The position numbers and the translations under genes are program-made. Shown piece after piece: positions 25,301 to 28,189 of a DNA stretch of 28,189 nt. The stretch covers positions 1 to 28,189 of the IMG/VR virus record IMGVR_UViG_3300025690_000006. One strand, written 5' to 3'. The DNA comes from a virus (lineage: Duplodnaviria > Caudoviricetes). Below the pieces are notes generated by a model. The model had not been told where the DNA came from and made no database searches. It saw only the letters and a list, made by a program, of their open reading frames with translations. The first letter of the stretch is position 1, and each line of letters opens with the position of its first letter.

Positions 25301-26643
25301 CTGGGTTTAGTACTACGCAACCTTCTGTTACAATAAGTGCGGATGGCACTGATCTGATTATTCAATGGGGTGGGGCAATTAATAAGGCTTACTATTACCA
25401 ACGAAACATTGATAACATTTTTATTCTTGCACAACAAGTTTATCCTAGATCTAACTTTGTTACACAAAGAACTCCTATGATTCGTATGAATCCTACAGCA
25501 ACGCATTTTGTGATGGGTGATACTTTAACACCTAGAGGTTACTTTACCAACATTAATACTGATAGTGATAATAGTGCAGATTTTGAATTCGCTAAGAAAC
25601 AAAAACTAGACAATTTGATTTTCTCAAATAGCCCTGCTAAAATCACAACATCTGATACTGATCGTTGGATAAACTTTGAAAATGATTTTGCTGTTGGAAC
25701 TACGATACAACTTTTAGGTAGCACTGGAAACGATGGTAGTTATGTGATCAGTCAAGTGGCTCAAGACAGTGTTCAGTTTAGTGGCACTTTCCCATCCACA
25801 GGTGCAGAGACCGATGTACAAATGTATATTGATCAAGTGGGTGTTGCAGAATTCTTTGTCTTTGACGAAGGGCAGTGGGTCACCGAAGATATTATAGAAG
25901 CACCTATTGATGTTGATGAGAATTTTGGATTTGGTTCAGGTGTTGATATCAACACTAGAGGCGAACTAGCCTCGGTAGGTAACTATGTGTCTGATGGTCA
26001 ACAAAGAAACGAAGTTTCTATTATAGAACGTGCACGAAGTGATTGGAGAAAAGTAACACAACTTCAACCGTTGACACCCACAAACATTGCAGCAAAAGGC
26101 AGCAATGATGGGTACGGTTCTTATGAAAGAAGCACCGGTTCAACTGTCGGTGGTTCGGGTGATTTTGTTGTAGTCGGTGCTGCTGGTAGAAGAGAAACAG
26201 ACACTGATGCTGGCACAGAATACGGTGCAGCATACTCCTATTATTCTATTCTAGAAGAGACGGGTTCATACGAACTTACCATCGCTCCAGCACTAAATAA
26301 GAACTTTAAGTCATTACAAAATGCTAGTTTTCATCAGCGTTCTTTAATCACTGCTTCTGGTCACACGTTTGAATATGTTGGATCTGGTACAAACATGTTC
26401 ACTGCTATTCCTCAGAACGGCGGTGTACCTAAGAAAGAAAACGAAGTTATATTCGATTCGGCAGAAGCAGAATTTCCTAACTTTGGATTAGTATACTTTA
26501 CCGCTACAGACGAATTAGGTGATTTTAGAATTGGTGAAGATTTAACTATTAACAGAGAAGAAGGTACAATTACTGGGGTGACATTTGATAGATCATTGTT
26601 CGCAGTATTGACACCATTCATATTAGCACTAGAAGGATCATAA
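19324..26643 (+). CDS. Giant virion structural / tail fibre-spike protein: Mtd-N-like anchor, split pectin-lyase-like beta-helix, ten CxRD helical repeats and FG-GAP-like propeller
   Basis: Segments RILLPRS..PGRAP......GEIAINTHDGK.F, VYYVSKSG...NDG......KTL, TIFLKSGDY....PI.LP....I.GD.LR...I.P and QSPYVQNCTS; FG-GAP-like blades (FGRSMDLSEDG, GAVY); C-terminal ASGHTFEYVGSG and TDELGDFRIG. Confidence 0.8.
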   Translation: MTTRKRILLPRSDIPGRAPTINEIDFGEIAINTHDGKAFIKREANGEVSVQSIGSEEVENVYYVSKSGDYGNDGRSLINSFKTLDSAVAVVTAKQSFKFNELVCERDLNLIMDAVRYDMVLDTNYNTVTAGNAYKRGNAIKVTTDQKYQTRRAINEERVGMISAPEVVASPTATQRVSKGFTEIIDIFYDGDPDALYYTDPPIEVWADANAASNVIQDNRSAIQDAVITFINSSFTETYDAVKCSRDVGLILNAVARDLLLGTDYHTVTAGWAYKRANSAYVLSNQNDATIAAINFARDYINARANVISDTDITNLFLNVTNVIDGTQTVYPTINYTSTVGSTYQNVDRDAASAAVQSNRQTLIDDTTTFINNNYTGIGATCERDLGLIIDAVSRDLILGTDFWTIAAGNSYLRTNSAYVLSEQSGVTVAVINYARDLIKALPAVTSDALIDTLFKRVTDCIDGTFTVVQSYTTLPQIGTYANVAGRLLQTTTISGARSSLVSSLTSFLSTNYPALVYDVAKCERDTGFIIDALIADLYYGGNTASRNAALSYFSFTVSQLGAGEAAATVAAYNDLATNIKALANVTEDARVDTLIGLTTGVITAGNTDSLSVEVEISIAGLTTTEYDAIAASESTVILDTITYGRENYSFYDQAACERDVGYILDGLSYDIRYGGNTAMRINAEAYLVGAVLQIGSGELTATVAAYNDLKTRLDAVVSTTPEQTVKDTFIDEIVGVINAGNTTGLDAEVEIGTGGLSTTEFDAIQAAIADAQTATIAYVDANWVNSLSGYDAVKCARDAGLIMDAVRRDLILGTDYNSITAGFAYKRANSAYVLSAQLTPTIQAVNFLRDQIKTLTGPASDSIIDSLILKVTQVLDGTITTYTTPTYVDTAGATYQTADRIAATNNIQTNRATIVSDLTTWISINYSSFSYDIAKCERDVGYILDALSHDVKYGGNTAARQNALAYFVGAVSQLGVGENVVTVQSYLQLKTLINAYVTTTPEQTNISDLLDIIITVISDENLDSLPDETEIDTTGLVTTEFDSIYANRLAFQNDTIDFVNDMNPVSNFDDEKCFRDTGLIIDAVALDLQNNTNYNSATAGLAYRRGNAQKVQSDQLSYTVDSINYLRDQINASGISEVSQTFVTARFKEITDLLTESTEYGAFDGDPLFYTGSGSENADKRNAINSLIVNRKNIQIELINWIQVNYDTLKYDQDKCNRDVGYIIDALAHDILFDGSFATDTNARSYWVGTDLNIEVGTASESLDGVADVWTNQLGSGEITASLAAYEQLKTIVNKYIVTSAEETRVNTLIDVIRTSIAAVDGTSVTVTLPTITGDSNLFHVNRNTLQEQVVFYANSIFPVYSYDQVKCRRDVGFILDGLSYDLKYGGNSATYTNQRSYFSIFSNGYGDLLGQNEITATISAYENLKSIIAGYTAGLNTDNINKVIDLLDIIINSVQQSSVGTYTLGEFFDGAAIYQYNVPTGSDPLAFPDLITLGHKVIYNDLYLAHQAFDVGASQRLTVIRSSNAVAKNQGTDSTIFLKSGDYIVNNPIKLPPKTAIIGDALRACTIRPKNVDSDIFWADNGVYIKEITFRDHQDGAAVLAFDPRVDSAKAGPFITQSPYVQNCTSLTSSGIGLRIDGSKVSGLRSMVLDAFTQFNAGGTGVHLLNRGYAQLVSLFTVSTTTSVLATSGGQCSLTNSNSSFGERGLVATGGSKSLYNGSVHANYIQNDEVIRINNIITQDSADYTLNLGDYKKPNYNDAIRFDSDNYYYTVLNVSDEITQDWATTGNTTENAQGVFNTTASFPQQTKTNNGLMGYSTHMSQDDLYLVITEINDAAGKAEIYTKDIVGGVPQWDYQAQVIPTPIAPAVVDANTNFGEVALLNETGDFLAVSAPAQQKVDATNATVENGAVYMYERTGSSWSQHSVVFLPGVTDRNRSFGRSMDLSEDGLTLIVSTDNDTGPATQGAVYYYLRTLDDPSTWVQQQRIIFPDGTGFSTTQPSVTISADGTDLIIQWGGAINKAYYYQRNIDNIFILAQQVYPRSNFVTQRTPMIRMNPTATHFVMGDTLTPRGYFTNINTDSDNSADFEFAKKQKLDNLIFSNSPAKITTSDTDRWINFENDFAVGTTIQLLGSTGNDGSYVISQVAQDSVQFSGTFPSTGAETDVQMYIDQVGVAEFFVFDEGQWVTEDIIEAPIDVDENFGFGSGVDINTRGELASVGNYVSDGQQRNEVSIIERARSDWRKVTQLQPLTPTNIAAKGSNDGYGSYERSTGSTVGGSGDFVVVGAAGRRETDTDAGTEYGAAYSYYSILEETGSYELTIAPALNKNFKSLQNASFHQRSLITASGHTFEYVGSGTNMFTAIPQNGGVPKKENEVIFDSAEAEFPNFGLVYFTATDELGDFRIGEDLTINREEGTITGVTFDRSLFAVLTPFILALEGS
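19615..23700 (+). repeat. Ten ~140-aa protein repeats with a C-x-R-D-x-G-x-I-x-D-A motif
   Basis: Cys codons at 19633, 20053, 20467, 20890, 21292, 21709, 22132, 22543, 22972 and 23428, spaced 402-456 nt apart. The array boundaries are approximate. Confidence 0.93.
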
Positions 26644-26647
26644 AAAG

Positions 26648-27049
26648 ATGGCAACTCCATTAAACGCATTTAAAACAAAAACGTGGTCGCTAAGAGATTC
26701 TGATGCGAGCCAAGGCAAATTGGTCTACAATTCGCCGCCTGGTGTTACTGCGATTGTTTTGATGGCTCAGGTCGCCAACTATGATTCGGATGAAAGAACG
26801 TGTCGTTATAGTTTCATTCACAAAGATACTAGTACCGGTATTGAAACTCAATTAGTTGATCAATATCCTGTCAGAAAAAATGACGCTGCATCACCATTAA
26901 CCGGAAAGTTAATTATTCAAGAAGGTAATCAGATTTATGCTTACGCCCACGCTATAAATAATAGATATGAGAACGGTGGTGTAGGGTCTGTAGACTGCGA
27001 TGATAGTCTAAAACTTACGTTGTCTTTACTCGAATCGTTGAATGGGTAA
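26648..27049 (+). CDS. Small phage structural/hypothetical protein
   Basis: PLN.FKT...Y..PPGVTAIVLMAQVAN...DA....GKLI..EG...LKLTLSLLES, a type I recall following such giant virion proteins in T4-like phages. Confidence 0.72.
   Translation: MATPLNAFKTKTWSLRDSDASQGKLVYNSPPGVTAIVLMAQVANYDSDERTCRYSFIHKDTSTGIETQLVDQYPVRKNDAASPLTGKLIIQEGNQIYAYAHAINNRYENGGVGSVDCDDSLKLTLSLLESLNG
26953..26960 (+). promoter_or_regulatory. Possible late promoter TATAAATA inside the upstream gene
   Basis: Exact consensus about 100 nt upstream of the ATG at 27062. Confidence 0.4.
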
Positions 27050-27061
27050 CGGAAAACAATA

Positions 27062-28189
27062 ATGGCAAATTTAACCACCATATCGGGATATGTGCCGACT
27101 AGATCAGCAGATGAACTAGATGACGACCGTTATGAATTTATAACACTTGATCAAGTAGAACCAAATCCCGGTAATCCTGAGTCAGACGGTTCTCTTTTCA
27201 TATCAGACGCTGATGGCACCAGATCTTTCACCACCTCTCCTACGCTTAGTGGGTTAAACTTTCAAGCCAATACTCTTAGGGATCTATCTTATTATCCTTC
27301 ACAGTATTATCTGGTGTTGTCGGGTGATCCCACAGATGGAACTGTGGATTCTGTTGGTTGGTCAACTCTTGTAGAACAAGACACTCTACAAACGGTAACT
27401 GATAGAGGTGATAGTACAGATCGTGACGTTACTGCTTGGAACTTAATTGCTAAGAGAGATCTTATAGCAGTTGATGGAGATTTTAGTGGCAATGTAACCA
27501 TTGATGGAATTTTGGCTGTCGCGGATCCTACTGTGTTGTCCTCAACATTATTAGTCTTAGACAGTGCAACGATAAATGGAAATCTTACTGTTTCCGGTAT
27601 TACCAATCTAGAAGATAGCGCTGTGTTAGGCAATCGTTTGTTTCTAGGCGTTGCCGACGAAAAAACAGACGAAATTAAAATATTGTATAGAAGACAGTCT
27701 GATGGTCTTATCGTACAAGGTGATATTGAAACCGACGAATCAAAAACAATAAATATTGAGCAAACCGATTCAAACGCAACTCATTATGTTCTCTTTAGTT
27801 ATGCTAATAATGGATTGGGTGGTTTCGATAGTGTAAATTATGATTATTCTACACTAACATATCAACCATTTACTAACACTCTATCAACTTTTAATTTAGA
27901 AACTACCAACATAATCGCATCTGGTATAACGGATTTAGACTCTACCTTTGTAGCCGGCGATATTAGAATTCAGACAGAACACGGCCGATTATTAGATAGT
28001 GCTGGTAGATCCTTTGTAGTATATGATTCCGCAGGAGCATTGCTTTGGGGTAACAACGGCGTTCCTGCACCTGATGCTGTTACAGGTGAAGTACAATCTG
28101 TTTTTATTGGTCTGTCTGAACTCTTAGATGTCAATGCTGCTTCTCCTAGCGAAGGGCAAATCATAGCATTTGATGCAGCATCACAGACC
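27062..28189 (+). CDS. Tail fibre-like protein, N-terminal part (runs off the window; absent from the supplied ORF track)
   Basis: Manual translation is open for 376 codons: MANLTTISGYVPTRSADELDDDRYEFITLDQVEPNPGNP..., with DTLQTVTDRG, INGNLTVSG and LSELLDV....P.EGQ fibre-type motifs. Confidence 0.85.
   Translation, partial: MANLTTISGYVPTRSADELDDDRYEFITLDQVEPNPGNPESDGSLFISDADGTRSFTTSPTLSGLNFQANTLRDLSYYPSQYYLVLSGDPTDGTVDSVGWSTLVEQDTLQTVTDRGDSTDRDVTAWNLIAKRDLIAVDGDFSGNVTIDGILAVADPTVLSSTLLVLDSATINGNLTVSGITNLEDSAVLGNRLFLGVADEKTDEIKILYRRQSDGLIVQGDIETDESKTINIEQTDSNATHYVLFSYANNGLGGFDSVNYDYSTLTYQPFTNTLSTFNLETTNIIASGITDLDSTFVAGDIRIQTEHGRLLDSAGRSFVVYDSAGALLWGNNGVPAPDAVTGEVQSVFIGLSELLDVNAASPSEGQIIAFDAASQT

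Noticed and set aside
5584-26643. Inteins, introns or homing endonucleases in the giant genes
   Set aside because: I recognised no intein splice-junction blocks, no LAGLIDADG/HNH/GIY-YIG motifs and no frame interruptions.
19324-26643. Assigning a cyanobacterial host from the phycobiliprotein-like motif
   Set aside because: A short motif resemblance in a structural protein is not host evidence, and the window has no photosynthesis or bilin genes.
178-28164. Short minus-strand ORFs throughout the window
   Set aside because: They overlap long, recognisable plus-strand genes almost entirely and have no recognisable motifs.

Overview
This window is a co-oriented (+ strand) late structural gene cluster of a T4-like myovirus, resembling aquatic T4-like phages; the host cannot be determined from this window. 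The gene order is: the 3' part of gp5, a peptidase-M15-like protein lacking Zn ligands, gp25, gp6, gp8 (no gp7 between gp6 and gp8), a 1802-aa VrlC/DUF4815-like virion protein and a small ORF. Next come two repeat-rich fibre-like genes, a possible chaperone, a GT-A glycosyltransferase, a 2OG-Fe(II)-type oxygenase, further tail/fibre proteins including a 2439-aa protein, and a truncated fibre gene. T4 late promoters (TATAAATA) punctuate the region. The main discovery candidate is the gene pair 11255..14377 and 14415..15863. Their repeat arrays are mirror images with matched copy numbers (10/10/10/10 and 5/5) and a mirrored order of variants. This suggests two separately encoded chains that zip antiparallel into one long fibre, with the second chain's last strand completing the first chain's base domain. 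Two other signals stand out: ten ~140-aa repeats carrying a phycobiliprotein-like C-x-R-D motif inserted into a beta-helix protein, and Asp-Ser enrichment in tail proteins beside a glycosyltransferase. All family assignments come from motif recognition by eye; no searches were run.
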